Shown here: one piece after another, positions 56,130 to 64,000 of the stretch
Layout of the letters: every line of letters starts with the position of its first letter
Numbering within the stretch: the first letter of the stretch is position 1
From: an uncultured Candidatus Saccharibacteria bacterium
Lineage (GTDB): Bacteria; Patescibacteriota; Minisyncoccia; Portnoybacterales; UBA2143
NCBI GenBank assembly: GCA_964403725.1
Contig: CAYOHI010000003.1
Coordinates: 14,374 to 78,373 of the forward strand
Length of the DNA stretch: 64,000 nt
Reading direction: 5' to 3'
Notes under the pieces: model-generated
Told to the model about the DNA's origin: nothing
Seen by the model: only the letters and a program-made list of their open reading frames with translations
The model's database searches: none
Translations under genes and position numbers: made by a program

Positions 56130-56813
56130 CTACTTAATATCTGATTTTTTAATCTCTTCTAAAGTTTCTTTTACTTTCTTATCTTTACAGCCAAGCTTAA
56201 TAGCCATTTCTAAAGAAGATTTAGCATCAATGTAGTTGTGCTGTTTGAAGTAAAGCAATCCTAGGAATTTGTATGCCGTAATATTTTTAGGATCTTCAAC
56301 TATTAAATCAATCCATTTCTGTTCTTCTTTGATCGGCTTTTTCAATTCGCTGATTGGCAACTCATCATCATCTTCAATAGTTTCTTGCTTGATTTCTTCT
56401 TTCTTTTCTTCCTTGTTAATCTTAACAAAAACTGGCTCATCTGTCTCTTTTTTGCCCTCCTTAGACTTATTCCTTTTCTCTTCTCTTTGCCTGATCCATT
56501 CTTTGGATTTCTGAGTCATAATCTGGGAACGGTTTCTCAGAAAAACAATACACTTACTAAGCAAGTTCTCTATCTTGAGAAAAACTATCTTTATCTTCCT
56601 TAAAAGCTTTTCTAGAGCAATTATGAAATTAAGCCAGTGCTGCTTGTAATCAACTTCTCTAATCTTTTGAACAATACCCTTTTTTCTACTTAAAATAGAT
56701 ATCTCCTCATCTGAGAGACGAGCTAATGCTGGAATCTTGTGATAGACAATGACTGCTAAGCCAATTATACTAGAGGCTATCAAGAAATATAGGATAATGT
56801 TTAGATTAGACAT
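56130..56813 (-). CDS. membrane-anchored TPR-repeat protein
   Basis: N-terminal TM helix, a Lys/Glu-rich linker, and a C-terminal TPR-like repeat (AYKFLGLLYFKQHNYIDAKSSLEMAIKLG). Confidence 0.45.
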   Translation of the reverse strand: MSNLNIILYFLIASSIIGLAVIVYHKIPALARLSDEEISILSRKKGIVQKIREVDYKQHWLNFIIALEKLLRKIKIVFLKIENLLSKCIVFLRNRSQIMTQKSKEWIRQREEKRNKSKEGKKETDEPVFVKINKEEKKEEIKQETIEDDDELPISELKKPIKEEQKWIDLIVEDPKNITAYKFLGLLYFKQHNYIDAKSSLEMAIKLGCKDKKVKETLEEIKKSDIK

Positions 56814-56815
56814 CT

Positions 56816-57265
56816 TTATATCGCTATTCGAGAAAACTTGCCTATTTTAATATTCTCCCCTAGTTTGCCAACTAATTCTTTGACCAAGCCATCAACAGTC
56901 TTTTCCGGGTCCTTGATGAAAGGCTGTTCAGCTAATTCTTTTTCATCTTTTGGATCCATAGCTGCAATATGCATGGCAATATCATGGGCTAAAGATTTAA
57001 ATTCTTCATTTTTAGCAACAAAGTCAGTTTCGCAGTTCAGTTCAAAAAGAACACCAACTTTGCCATTGTTATGAATATATGGCTCGATTGTTCCTTGCTT
57101 AGCTTCCCTATCTGATTTTTTAAGAGCTTTTTCTGCTCCTTTTGCTTCTAGAACTTTAATAGCTTTTTTTTCGTCTCCTTCAGCTTCCTCCAGGGCTTTC
57201 TTGCATTCCATGATTGAGAAGCCTGTCTTCTGACGAAATTCTTTGATTTGGTCCATTGAAATCAT
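56816..57265 (-). CDS. tsf: elongation factor Ts (short form)
   Basis: N-terminal UBA-like FRQKTGFSIMECKKALEEAEGDEKKAIKVLEAKG. Core GKVGVLFELNCETDFVAKNEEF. Confidence 0.85.
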   Translation of the reverse strand: MISMDQIKEFRQKTGFSIMECKKALEEAEGDEKKAIKVLEAKGAEKALKKSDREAKQGTIEPYIHNNGKVGVLFELNCETDFVAKNEEFKSLAHDIAMHIAAMDPKDEKELAEQPFIKDPEKTVDGLVKELVGKLGENIKIGKFSRIAI

Positions 57266-57275
57266 AGTTTTCTCC

Positions 57276-58028
57276 CTATTTATTAATTACTTTGACAATT
57301 GATCCCAAAATTAGCTTTAATGCAGAGATTGCATCATCGTTAGTTGGAATAGGATAATCAATAATAGTCGGATCAGCATTAGTATCGCATAGGCCAACAA
57401 CTGGAATATTCTTCATTTTGGCTTCTTTAACAGCTGCTTTTTCTTTGTGTGTGTCAATGACAAATATTGCATCTGGTAATTTAGTCATTTCCTTGATTCC
57501 GCCAAACTGTCTGTTCAGTTTCTGTATTTCAATATTGAAATCATGCTGTTCCTTCTTAGTATATTTCTTCAATTCGCCAGATTTTTGCTTTTCTTCCAGA
57601 TCTCGGATATGCTCCAGTCTTTTAGAGATAACTTTGAAATTTGTCAAAGTACCGCCAATCCATCTTTCTGTGACATAGAACATCTTAGTCTCTTCTGCTG
57701 TTTCTTTGACAATTTCCTTAGCTGCCACTTTTGTGCCGACAAAGATAATCTTGCCTTTTTTCTGTACAACCTCATAAAGAAATTCCAAGGCTTTTTTGAA
57801 TTTTTCCTCAGTTTTCTCCAAATCAAGAATATGCACATTATTACGCGTAGTATGGATATATTCCTTCATTTTGGCATTCCATTTGGATGTGCGATGACCA
57901 AAATGAACCCCGGCCTTCAGCATCTCTTCAAGGCTTGGAGTTATCTTATCTAACTTAGATTGACTAATCTTTTTGATTTTGACAACCTTTTCTTCTTTTT
58001 GTTTTTTTGTCTTTTTTTCTTCAGCCAT
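57276..58028 (-). CDS. rpsB: 30S ribosomal protein S2
   Basis: MLKAGVHFGHRTSKWNAKMKEYI is the conserved uS2 N-terminus, and the gene lies upstream of tsf. Confidence 0.95.
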   Translation of the reverse strand: MAEEKKTKKQKEEKVVKIKKISQSKLDKITPSLEEMLKAGVHFGHRTSKWNAKMKEYIHTTRNNVHILDLEKTEEKFKKALEFLYEVVQKKGKIIFVGTKVAAKEIVKETAEETKMFYVTERWIGGTLTNFKVISKRLEHIRDLEEKQKSGELKKYTKKEQHDFNIEIQKLNRQFGGIKEMTKLPDAIFVIDTHKEKAAVKEAKMKNIPVVGLCDTNADPTIIDYPIPTNDDAISALKLILGSIVKVINK

Positions 58029-58154
58029 AATTTAAAAACCAAAGATGTGTAACTACATCCTTGTTGCTTTACTTTGAATTAAGATTAGTATATCATATTG
58101 TAAAATTAAATCAAGAGTATTGCCATAATTAATTCAATCTGCTATTATAAAACC

Positions 58155-58421
58155 ATGAAAAAAGACATTCATCCAAAATATTTTAAAAAAGCTAAAGCTA
58201 AATGCGCCTGTGGCGCCACTTTTGATATTGGCTCAACCAAAGAAAATACAGAAGTGGAAATCTGTTCTCAGTGTCATCCTTTCTACACTGGCAAAGAAAA
58301 AATCATTGAAACTGGCCAAGTAGAGAAATTCAGAGCTAGATTAGCTAAAAAGCAGGAAAACAAGCCTAAAAAAGAAAAGCGAAAAAAGATAAAGGCAAAA
58401 AAGAAGAAGAAAAATGAGTAA
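58155..58421 (+). CDS. rpmE: 50S ribosomal protein L31 (Cys4 type) with Lys-rich C-terminal extension
   Basis: [22 protein letters not shown]...[11 protein letters not shown]. Confidence 0.9.
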   Translation: MKKDIHPKYFKKAKAKCACGATFDIGSTKENTEVEICSQCHPFYTGKEKIIETGQVEKFRARLAKKQENKPKKEKRKKIKAKKKKKNE

Positions 58422-59148
58422 AGCTATCATTATTGAAATACGAGCTGGTGCTGGTGGTGACGAAGCAGCACTTTTTGCCGCTGATCTTTTCAGAATGTAT
58501 TCCCGCTTTGCCGAAAAAAACGACTGGAAAACTTCTTTGATTAACAGCAATCAAATCGGCATTGGCGGATACAAGGAATTAATCTTTGAAATTAAAGGTG
58601 AAGACGCCTTTGAAAAGCTTCAATATGAAGGTGGTGTTCATCGTGTCCAAAGAATCCCATCAACTGAAAAATCTGGGAGAATCCACACTTCTACTGTTTC
58701 AGTTGCCATCATGCCCCAGGCCACTGAAACTGAAGTTAAAATCAATCCATCAGAAATCAGAATTGATGTCCTGCGAGCTTCTGGTCCTGGAGGCCAGCAT
58801 GTTAACAAAACTGAATCAGCTGTCCGAATCACTCACCTAGCTACTGGTATAATGGTCACTTGTCAGGAAGAAAGGCATCAAATACAAAATAGAGAACGAG
58901 CCATGAATGTACTACGAGCTCGTTTACTTGATAGAAAAAGAAAAGAAGAGCTTACTGCCAGAGGTGATGAAAGAAAAAACCAGATTGGAACTGCTGATCG
59001 GAGTGAAAAAATTAGGACTTACAATTACCCTCAAAACAGGATTACTGATCACCGTATCAAAAAATCCTGGCATAATTTGGAAAAAATCATGGATGGCGAC
59101 CTAAAACCCATCCTCAAAGCTTTTAATAAATTAAAAAAGAAAAGGTAA
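58414..59148 (+). CDS. prfA: class I peptide chain release factor, RF1-like, lacking N-terminal domain 1
   Basis: It begins at the domain-2 block [23 protein letters not shown]. It has the decoding tripeptide region [14 protein letters not shown] (PST, compared with RF1 PAT) and GGQ ([19 protein letters not shown]). The roughly 105-aa N-terminal domain present in canonical RF1 is absent. The start overlaps the rpmE stop. Confidence 0.7.
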   Translation: MSKAIIIEIRAGAGGDEAALFAADLFRMYSRFAEKNDWKTSLINSNQIGIGGYKELIFEIKGEDAFEKLQYEGGVHRVQRIPSTEKSGRIHTSTVSVAIMPQATETEVKINPSEIRIDVLRASGPGGQHVNKTESAVRITHLATGIMVTCQEERHQIQNRERAMNVLRARLLDRKRKEELTARGDERKNQIGTADRSEKIRTYNYPQNRITDHRIKKSWHNLEKIMDGDLKPILKAFNKLKKKR

Positions 59149-59149
59149 C

Positions 59150-60127
59150 ATGAAAAAAAGAATCTTTAGCGGCATTCAGCCAACCGGTTCAATCCATATC
59201 GGCAATTATCTAGGTGCCATAAAGAACTGGGTTGAACTCCAGGAGGAATATGATTCAATTTTCTGTGTGGTTGATCTGCACGCTTTAACTAATCCTGAAG
59301 CTTCCAAAGGATTACAGAAGAATATCTATGATTTAGCTACTGATTTAATGGCATCCGGGCTAGATCCTAAAAAATGCACTCTTTTTGTCCAATCGCACGT
59401 TCCAGAACATACTGAACTGACTTGGCTTTTAAATACTATTACTCCTATCGCTGAATTAGAAAGGATGACCCAATTCAAAGACAAGGCTAAGCAGTTTAAA
59501 AATAGTATTAATATGGGATTGTTTGGCTATCCTGTCCTAATGGCTGCTGATATTCTAATTTACCAGACAAATACTGTACCAGTTGGCGAAGACCAGAAAC
59601 AACACGTTGAATTAGCCAGAATTATTTCCAGGAAATTCAATAACCAATTTGGAGAAATGTTTACCGTTCCTGAATCATTAGTTTACAAAAGCGGAGCTAG
59701 AATAATGTCTCTAGCTGATCCATCTAAGAAGATGTCTAAAAGCGTTCCTCAAGGATGTTTAGAAATGAATGATTCCCCTAGTGTTATTGAAGAAAAGATT
59801 AAAAAAGCAGTAACTGATTCAGAGCAAGGCATTGAATACAATCCCAAAAAACCAGCTATCGCTAACTTAATGACAATCTATTCAATTTTCTCAAAGCTAT
59901 CATTTGATGAGATTGAAAAGAAATACAAGGATAAAGGATATGCTGAATTCAAGAAAGATTTGGCAGATGTAGTAATTAAAGGATTAAAACCATTCCAAGA
60001 CAAGAAAAAGGAATTAGATAAGAATCCTGATTATGTTAAGAAATCACTGGCAGATGGAGCCAAAAAAGTCCAGAAAATTGCTCAAAAGAATCTATTGGAA
60101 GCAAAAAAGAAAATGGGCCTTGTATAG
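59150..60127 (+). CDS. trpS: tryptophanyl-tRNA synthetase
   Basis: IFSGIQPTGSIHIGNYLGA (HIGH-type) and KMSKS motifs. Confidence 0.95.
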   Translation: MKKRIFSGIQPTGSIHIGNYLGAIKNWVELQEEYDSIFCVVDLHALTNPEASKGLQKNIYDLATDLMASGLDPKKCTLFVQSHVPEHTELTWLLNTITPIAELERMTQFKDKAKQFKNSINMGLFGYPVLMAADILIYQTNTVPVGEDQKQHVELARIISRKFNNQFGEMFTVPESLVYKSGARIMSLADPSKKMSKSVPQGCLEMNDSPSVIEEKIKKAVTDSEQGIEYNPKKPAIANLMTIYSIFSKLSFDEIEKKYKDKGYAEFKKDLADVVIKGLKPFQDKKKELDKNPDYVKKSLADGAKKVQKIAQKNLLEAKKKMGLV

Positions 60128-60145
60128 CCCACTTGAATATCTATT

Positions 60146-60172
60146 AAAAACTACCCTCCGGGGTAGTTTTTT
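60146..60172. terminator. bidirectional rho-independent terminator after trpS
   Basis: CTACCC-TCCG-GGGTAG hairpin followed by TTTTTT. Confidence 0.65.
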
Positions 60173-60956
60173 ATTTTCTTTCTCTAAAATATTCCAACAG
60201 AAACTTAGCTAATAGTTCCCCACCAAGTTCATCTTCCTTATGATCAACAAAATATTCTGCCTCTACTCTTTTAGGATCAACTGTTACTCCCTTGCCCACT
60301 TGAAGCATTTCTGCATCATTATAGTTATTCCCTGTGGTCATAATCTGTTTTGGATCAATTTTTAGCTGCTTGGCTAAGTTTTCAATAGCTACTCCCTTAG
60401 ACATTATTTTACTACCAATATCATATCCTTCATTAGTCCATAGACAATACAATTCATCTTTCCCAATATCTTTGACCAAATTTGGAATCTCTTCCATTTC
60501 TTCACAATGGACTGTTAAAAGAAGAAGTTTTGGTTCAAATCCCCTAATTCTTTTATCAGTTTTTTTCATTTCCCTTATTTTAATCTTTAAATCTCTTAAT
60601 TTATTAAAATATTCATTATTATAAACAGGATGAGTTATTTTGTTATCCAACAAGGTAATATTTCCATTCTCAGCTTGAAGAATAGTATTTTCATCAAAAA
60701 TCTGATTAGTCAGAGTTTTTAAGTATAGAATATTCCTACCTGATGAAAAATTCAATCTGACATGTTTTTCTAATTCTTTTAAATTATCAATGAATTCATC
60801 TGATAGTTTTTTTGATTCCATATATAGATCAATACTATCTTCATCTATAGTTTCTTTAACTATTGTCCCCGTATGAGCAATAACGCCATCAATATCAAAA
60901 GTAATAACCTTAATATTGTCTAATTCCTCTTTTGTAATTTCTTTAATATTTTTCAT
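60171..60956 (-). CDS. HAD-superfamily hydrolase (Cof/IIB-like)
   Basis: Motif I FDIDGV and motif IV GNNYNDAEML. The start was set at 60956 (MKNIKEIT), preceded by an extended -10 (TGGTATAAT). The longer ORF would run into the upstream terminator. Confidence 0.7.
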   Translation of the reverse strand: MKNIKEITKEELDNIKVITFDIDGVIAHTGTIVKETIDEDSIDLYMESKKLSDEFIDNLKELEKHVRLNFSSGRNILYLKTLTNQIFDENTILQAENGNITLLDNKITHPVYNNEYFNKLRDLKIKIREMKKTDKRIRGFEPKLLLLTVHCEEMEEIPNLVKDIGKDELYCLWTNEGYDIGSKIMSKGVAIENLAKQLKIDPKQIMTTGNNYNDAEMLQVGKGVTVDPKRVEAEYFVDHKEDELGGELLAKFLLEYFRERK

Positions 60957-60986
60957 ATTTACATTATACCAAAATCTCAAGGATTG

Positions 60987-61025
60987 AAAAAGGACCGTCG
61001 CTTTGACGCGCATCGGTCCTTTTCG
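60987..61025 (-). terminator. rho-independent terminator of the 36-aa peptide gene
   Basis: The minus strand reads AAAAGGACCG-...-CGGTCCTTTTT, a long GC-rich hairpin followed by UUUUU. Confidence 0.6.
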
Positions 61026-61058
61026 TTTGTATAGCCATTCCTAGGCCTCCTTTTCTTC

Positions 61059-61169
61059 TCATTGAGTTTGTGTTTCTTCTTTCCGTTTACGATGAACAAG
61101 GTCATAGACCAGGACGTAAACGGAAAGCGCGAAAGTCAGCAGCCATAATGCGCTGATGAGCAGTTCCAT
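61059..61169 (-). CDS. 36-aa hydrophobic peptide with charged C-terminal tail (type I toxin-like or small membrane peptide)
   Basis: MELLISALWLLTFALSVYVLVYDLVHRKRKEETQTQ. A strong SD AAGGGGGTG lies 7 nt upstream. It has its own promoter and terminator. G+C-rich. Too short for the ORF track. Confidence 0.5.
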   Translation of the reverse strand: MELLISALWLLTFALSVYVLVYDLVHRKRKEETQTQ

Positions 61170-61197
61170 TTCTTCACCCCCTTCTGCAAAGAATTAT

Positions 61198-61230
61198 CTA
61201 TATCATACATCATAAAGTATGTTTTGTCAA
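61198..61230 (-). promoter_or_regulatory. sigma70-like promoter of the 36-aa peptide gene
   Basis: On the minus strand: TTGACA, a 17-nt spacer, then TATGAT. About 30 nt separate it from the SD. Confidence 0.45.
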
Positions 61231-61239
61231 TCATAAACA

Positions 61240-61269
61240 AGAAAAACCTGACAGATTTTTCTTGTCAGG
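61240..61269 (-). terminator. terminator of the 61265-61669 gene
   Basis: CCTGACA...TGTCAGG hairpin overlapping the stop codon. On the minus strand it is followed by TTTTTCTTGTTT. Confidence 0.5.
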
Positions 61270-61669
61270 CTTCTTTCCTCATTTCCACCTCCCTTTTCAC
61301 GAAAATATGGGCTTCGATGATATCAATGATATCCTGGAAGCATCCTTCCAGAATCGCCTTCATATCCACATATCTCACTCCATTATTGTACTCTTCCTTC
61401 CAATCAGCTCCAAATTTCAATAATGTAGGATCGCTCTCCCCGTTTATCATATATACATCAATCATGTGCTGACCGGGCTTGAAGTTATAGAAGCCATCAA
61501 GAGTTGCCTTAACGCCGATAGCGACGAAGAAATTGTCGCTCCCTTCAGGATTGAAATCAAATAGTCTTTGATAAAAATCCCTTAATCTTGTATTTTTTAC
61601 GGCTTTTATTTCTTCCTGGTCGACATATCCATCTATCAGATATCCCCTATTTCTTTTTTTGATTTTCAC
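61265..61669 (-). CDS. hypothetical cytoplasmic protein (134 aa)
   Basis: Good coding potential and no TM helix. No recognised motif. Confidence 0.45.
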   Translation of the reverse strand: MKIKKRNRGYLIDGYVDQEEIKAVKNTRLRDFYQRLFDFNPEGSDNFFVAIGVKATLDGFYNFKPGQHMIDVYMINGESDPTLLKFGADWKEEYNNGVRYVDMKAILEGCFQDIIDIIEAHIFVKREVEMRKEA

Positions 61670-61692
61670 ATTGTCCTCCTTATAAAAAGGTG

Positions 61693-62928
61693 CTATCCAA
61701 AAACCAAAAAATCTGGTTTAAATATCATTAATAATCCTAGTAGGATAATTAACAATCCCCCAATCAATGTGCTCCATTTTGTATATTTATCAGTAAACCC
61801 TATTTTCTTCAAAGTTACAAGAGCAATAGCAAAAACTATCATATCATCCAGCATGAAAATGACTGTGTATAGCAGGAGGTATAGGTAATAGCTAAGCGGG
61901 CTCAAATTACTCAAAGACAAGACTTTTGCATAAATAGCCGGCAGACCGGCTGAGCAGAAGAACTCAACTAAATTAACAGCAAAAGCCAGAACTATTATGC
62001 CTAAGATAGATAAGATCATAACTGGGTTGTTAACAATCTTTTCAGCTTGATTCTGCAAACCACTCTTGATCTTAGATCCATCAGGCGCTATCTCGCAAAC
62101 CCCAGGCTTGAAAGTAATGAATTTCTTGATTTGCCATATTCCAAAAAACAAAGCTGCCCCACCGATAAGATACCTGGTCAATTTAACATAGCTGATAGCT
62201 AAGAATAGATTCAGCCAAGCTGATAAAAGCAAGAAATATACGATTCCAGAAACTAGAATAAAGGTACCGGCAATCAGCCAGATTTTCTTGCGTGATTGAA
62301 TATTAATCAACATAGCCAGAAGGAAAAACAAAATCCACATAGCGCATGGATTAAATCCATCAAGCGTAGCCAAGGCGATTGTCAAAACAGGCAAGGATAA
62401 TTTTGAAATATTTAATTCTCCGATAAATGGGTATGAAATGATTTCATCCTCTTGACTATTAGCCTGACAAGTACAAGTTTGGCAATGACACAACTCCCCT
62501 TGTTCACCTTCGCATTGGCATAACTCACATTCATCCATTTTATCTAAAGGATCAGGACACTCGTTTTCCAAACACTCATCAATCCTGTTCTCAATAGCCC
62601 TGCCCGTTATCTGATCACTCATATATCCCCTGATCGCCTCTTGGCCGATAAAAATAGCCGGTACTCTGGCTATTTGCTTCTCATCACAGGCTTCTAGAAA
62701 TTTTAAAAGCAGATCTGCATTTTCTTTGTTATCAAAAACCTCATAGGAAATGATTTCCAACTGAGGATATTTCTCTTCCATCTGTTCTAGGAAGGCAGAT
62801 GCTTTCTTGCAATGAGGACAGCCATCGCCATAGAAATAGTGGAGCTTTACTTTGTCTTCAGCCAATGCAAAATTAGCTATGCCTAAGAAAACAAATAATA
62901 TTAGAAGTATGATAATTAATTTCTTCAT
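61693..62928 (-). CDS. thioredoxin-fold domain fused to DsbD/CcdA-like membrane domain, joined by a Cys-rich linker
   Basis: Signal/TM helix, then GCPHCK (CxxC thioredoxin motif). The linker is ECLENECPDPLDKMDECELCQCEGEQGELCHCQTCTCQ. The membrane domain has GFNPCAMW (DsbD-type) and a second Cys, FFCSAG. Confidence 0.6.
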   Translation of the reverse strand: MKKLIIILLILFVFLGIANFALAEDKVKLHYFYGDGCPHCKKASAFLEQMEEKYPQLEIISYEVFDNKENADLLLKFLEACDEKQIARVPAIFIGQEAIRGYMSDQITGRAIENRIDECLENECPDPLDKMDECELCQCEGEQGELCHCQTCTCQANSQEDEIISYPFIGELNISKLSLPVLTIALATLDGFNPCAMWILFFLLAMLINIQSRKKIWLIAGTFILVSGIVYFLLLSAWLNLFLAISYVKLTRYLIGGAALFFGIWQIKKFITFKPGVCEIAPDGSKIKSGLQNQAEKIVNNPVMILSILGIIVLAFAVNLVEFFCSAGLPAIYAKVLSLSNLSPLSYYLYLLLYTVIFMLDDMIVFAIALVTLKKIGFTDKYTKWSTLIGGLLIILLGLLMIFKPDFLVFG

Positions 62929-64000
62929 TCTATTATCCCCCCTCCTAAACAGCTGTCACCCTGATAAAAGACAGCCCATTGTCCAGGTGTTACTGCCTTT
63001 TGCGGCTTTTCAAAAACTAATTTCAATTTTTTTCCTTTTGGCGGATAAATCTTAGCCGTAGCCAGTTTCTGATGATATCTGGTTTTTGCTTCAACCTCAA
63101 TTACTTTTTTAGGATTCTGACCGGAAACAAATTGGAAATCAGTAATATTGATTTCGCTTGTGTAAAGCGCAGAATCATTTTCATCATTAGTTACGACTAA
63201 ATGATTCTTTTCTTTGTCTAATTTAATCACCCACCAAGGACCGTCTGGCAGGCCAACTCCTTTTCTCTGGCCGATAGTATAGAAATGAAGTCCCTGGTGC
63301 TGACCCAAGACTTTTCCTTTCTTATTAACAATATCACCCGGTTCAAAGCCAATTTCTTCTTCTAAATATGATCCAATCGATTGTTTGGCTACAAAGCATA
63401 AATCCTGGCTTTGCTTTATCTTGCTAAAAAACTGAAATCCTTCCTTCTGGGCAATCTTATATACATTTTCCTTGTTATAGCTCCCTAATGGGAAAATTAT
63501 CTTACTCAGCTGGTTTTGCTTTAAAAGACACAGGAAATATGACTGGTCTTTTCTTTCATCCTTGCCTTTTAATAATTCAAATTTCTTAGTATCTTTGTTT
63601 TTAAAAACTCTGGCATAATGCCCAGTGGCTACATATTTAGCTCCTTTTTTCTTAGCAAAATCAAATAGTTTGTTAAATTTAACCATCTTGTTGCATACCA
63701 AGCATGGATTAGGCGTTTTCTTATCCTTTAAGACTTTTAAGAAATATCCAATAACCTTATCTTTAAAGTCCAATTCATGGTCTATGATATGGTATGGCAC
63801 ATTCAATTCCTTGCAGATATTCTTGGCAATATTAAAAGAAGCTTCAGAACAGCAGACATTTTCCTTTAAAATATTCTTTCTGTTTTCCCAAACTGAATAT
63901 TTTAAGGAAACGCCAATCGGCTCATATCCTTGTTTTTTGAGCAATAATAAAGAAACGGAGGAATCAACTCCGCCTGAAAGACCCACTACTACTTTCCTAT
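62925..64000 (-). CDS. mnmA: tRNA-specific 2-thiouridylase MnmA, C-terminal and central part. The N-terminus lies beyond the window end.
   Basis: PP-loop (V)GLSGGVDSSV at the window edge. Catalytic cysteine region NPCLVCNKMVKF and ATGHYAR are present. Confidence 0.85.
   Translation of the reverse strand, partial: RKVVVGLSGGVDSSVSLLLLKKQGYEPIGVSLKYSVWENRKNILKENVCCSEASFNIAKNICKELNVPYHIIDHELDFKDKVIGYFLKVLKDKKTPNPCLVCNKMVKFNKLFDFAKKKGAKYVATGHYARVFKNKDTKKFELLKGKDERKDQSYFLCLLKQNQLSKIIFPLGSYNKENVYKIAQKEGFQFFSKIKQSQDLCFVAKQSIGSYLEEEIGFEPGDIVNKKGKVLGQHQGLHFYTIGQRKGVGLPDGPWWVIKLDKEKNHLVVTNDENDSALYTSEINITDFQFVSGQNPKKVIEVEAKTRYHQKLATAKIYPPKGKKLKLVFEKPQKAVTPGQWAVFYQGDSCLGGGIIE

Noticed and set aside
1-64000. 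CRISPR arrays, rRNA genes, transposases, integrases and prophage genes
   Set aside because: None were seen. There are no regularly spaced direct repeats, no rRNA-like conserved stretches, and no transposase or integrase motifs in any frame inspected.

Overview
This window is AT-rich and gene-dense, and about 80% of genes lie on the minus strand. Genes are short and tightly packed with few long intergenic gaps. The content (DUF4012 protein, a group-I-type intron in a tRNA, a domain-1-less release factor, many small hypothetical membrane proteins) suggests a small-genome, CPR/Patescibacteria-like bacterium; that is an inference, not a database result.

Main contents, in order along the window:
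- The 5' part of aspS (partial).
- A run of nucleotide-housecleaning enzymes: HIT, GrpB, a SAM-dependent methyltransferase, Nudix, and a YfcE-type phosphoesterase.
- tRNA-Lys.
- dnaJ.
- A cell-envelope polysaccharide locus: two GT4 glycosyltransferases, a DUF4012 protein, a radical-SAM protein, a Wzy/O-antigen-ligase-like protein, and a Wzz-like protein.
- A strikingly G+C-rich four-gene island of lipoproteins and LysM/secreted proteins, which splits that polysaccharide locus.
- grpE-hsp20-dnaK.
- corA, cysS, dnaB, a higBA toxin-antitoxin pair, recR.
- rplU, rmuC.
- A Ca2+ P-type ATPase with a CaCA exchanger.
- lgt, followed by a second small GC-rich lipoprotein / small-protein unit.
- tRNA-Glu.
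- The dcw cluster core, mraZ-rsmH-ftsL-ftsI-murF, with a cluster of DnaA-box 9-mers immediately upstream of mraZ.
- rplJ-rplL with a leader/attenuator.
- mltG, pcm, an RRM protein, and an RlmB-like methyltransferase.
- A csoR-controlled copper cluster ending in copA.
- A tRNA island: tRNA-Trp, mazG-like, rpmG, and tRNA-Thr(GGU) split by a roughly 207-nt group-I-like intron. It continues with a free-standing LAGLIDADG endonuclease gene, a small membrane ORF, tRNA-Tyr, a NUMOD3/PD-(D/E)xK endonuclease-like gene, and tRNA-Thr(UGU).
- tsf, rpsB, rpmE, an N-terminally truncated RF1, and trpS.
- A HAD hydrolase.
- A complete mini transcription unit for a 36-aa hydrophobic peptide.
- A thioredoxin-DsbD fusion.
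- The 3' part of mnmA (partial).

No rRNA, CRISPR array, transposase or prophage was seen.
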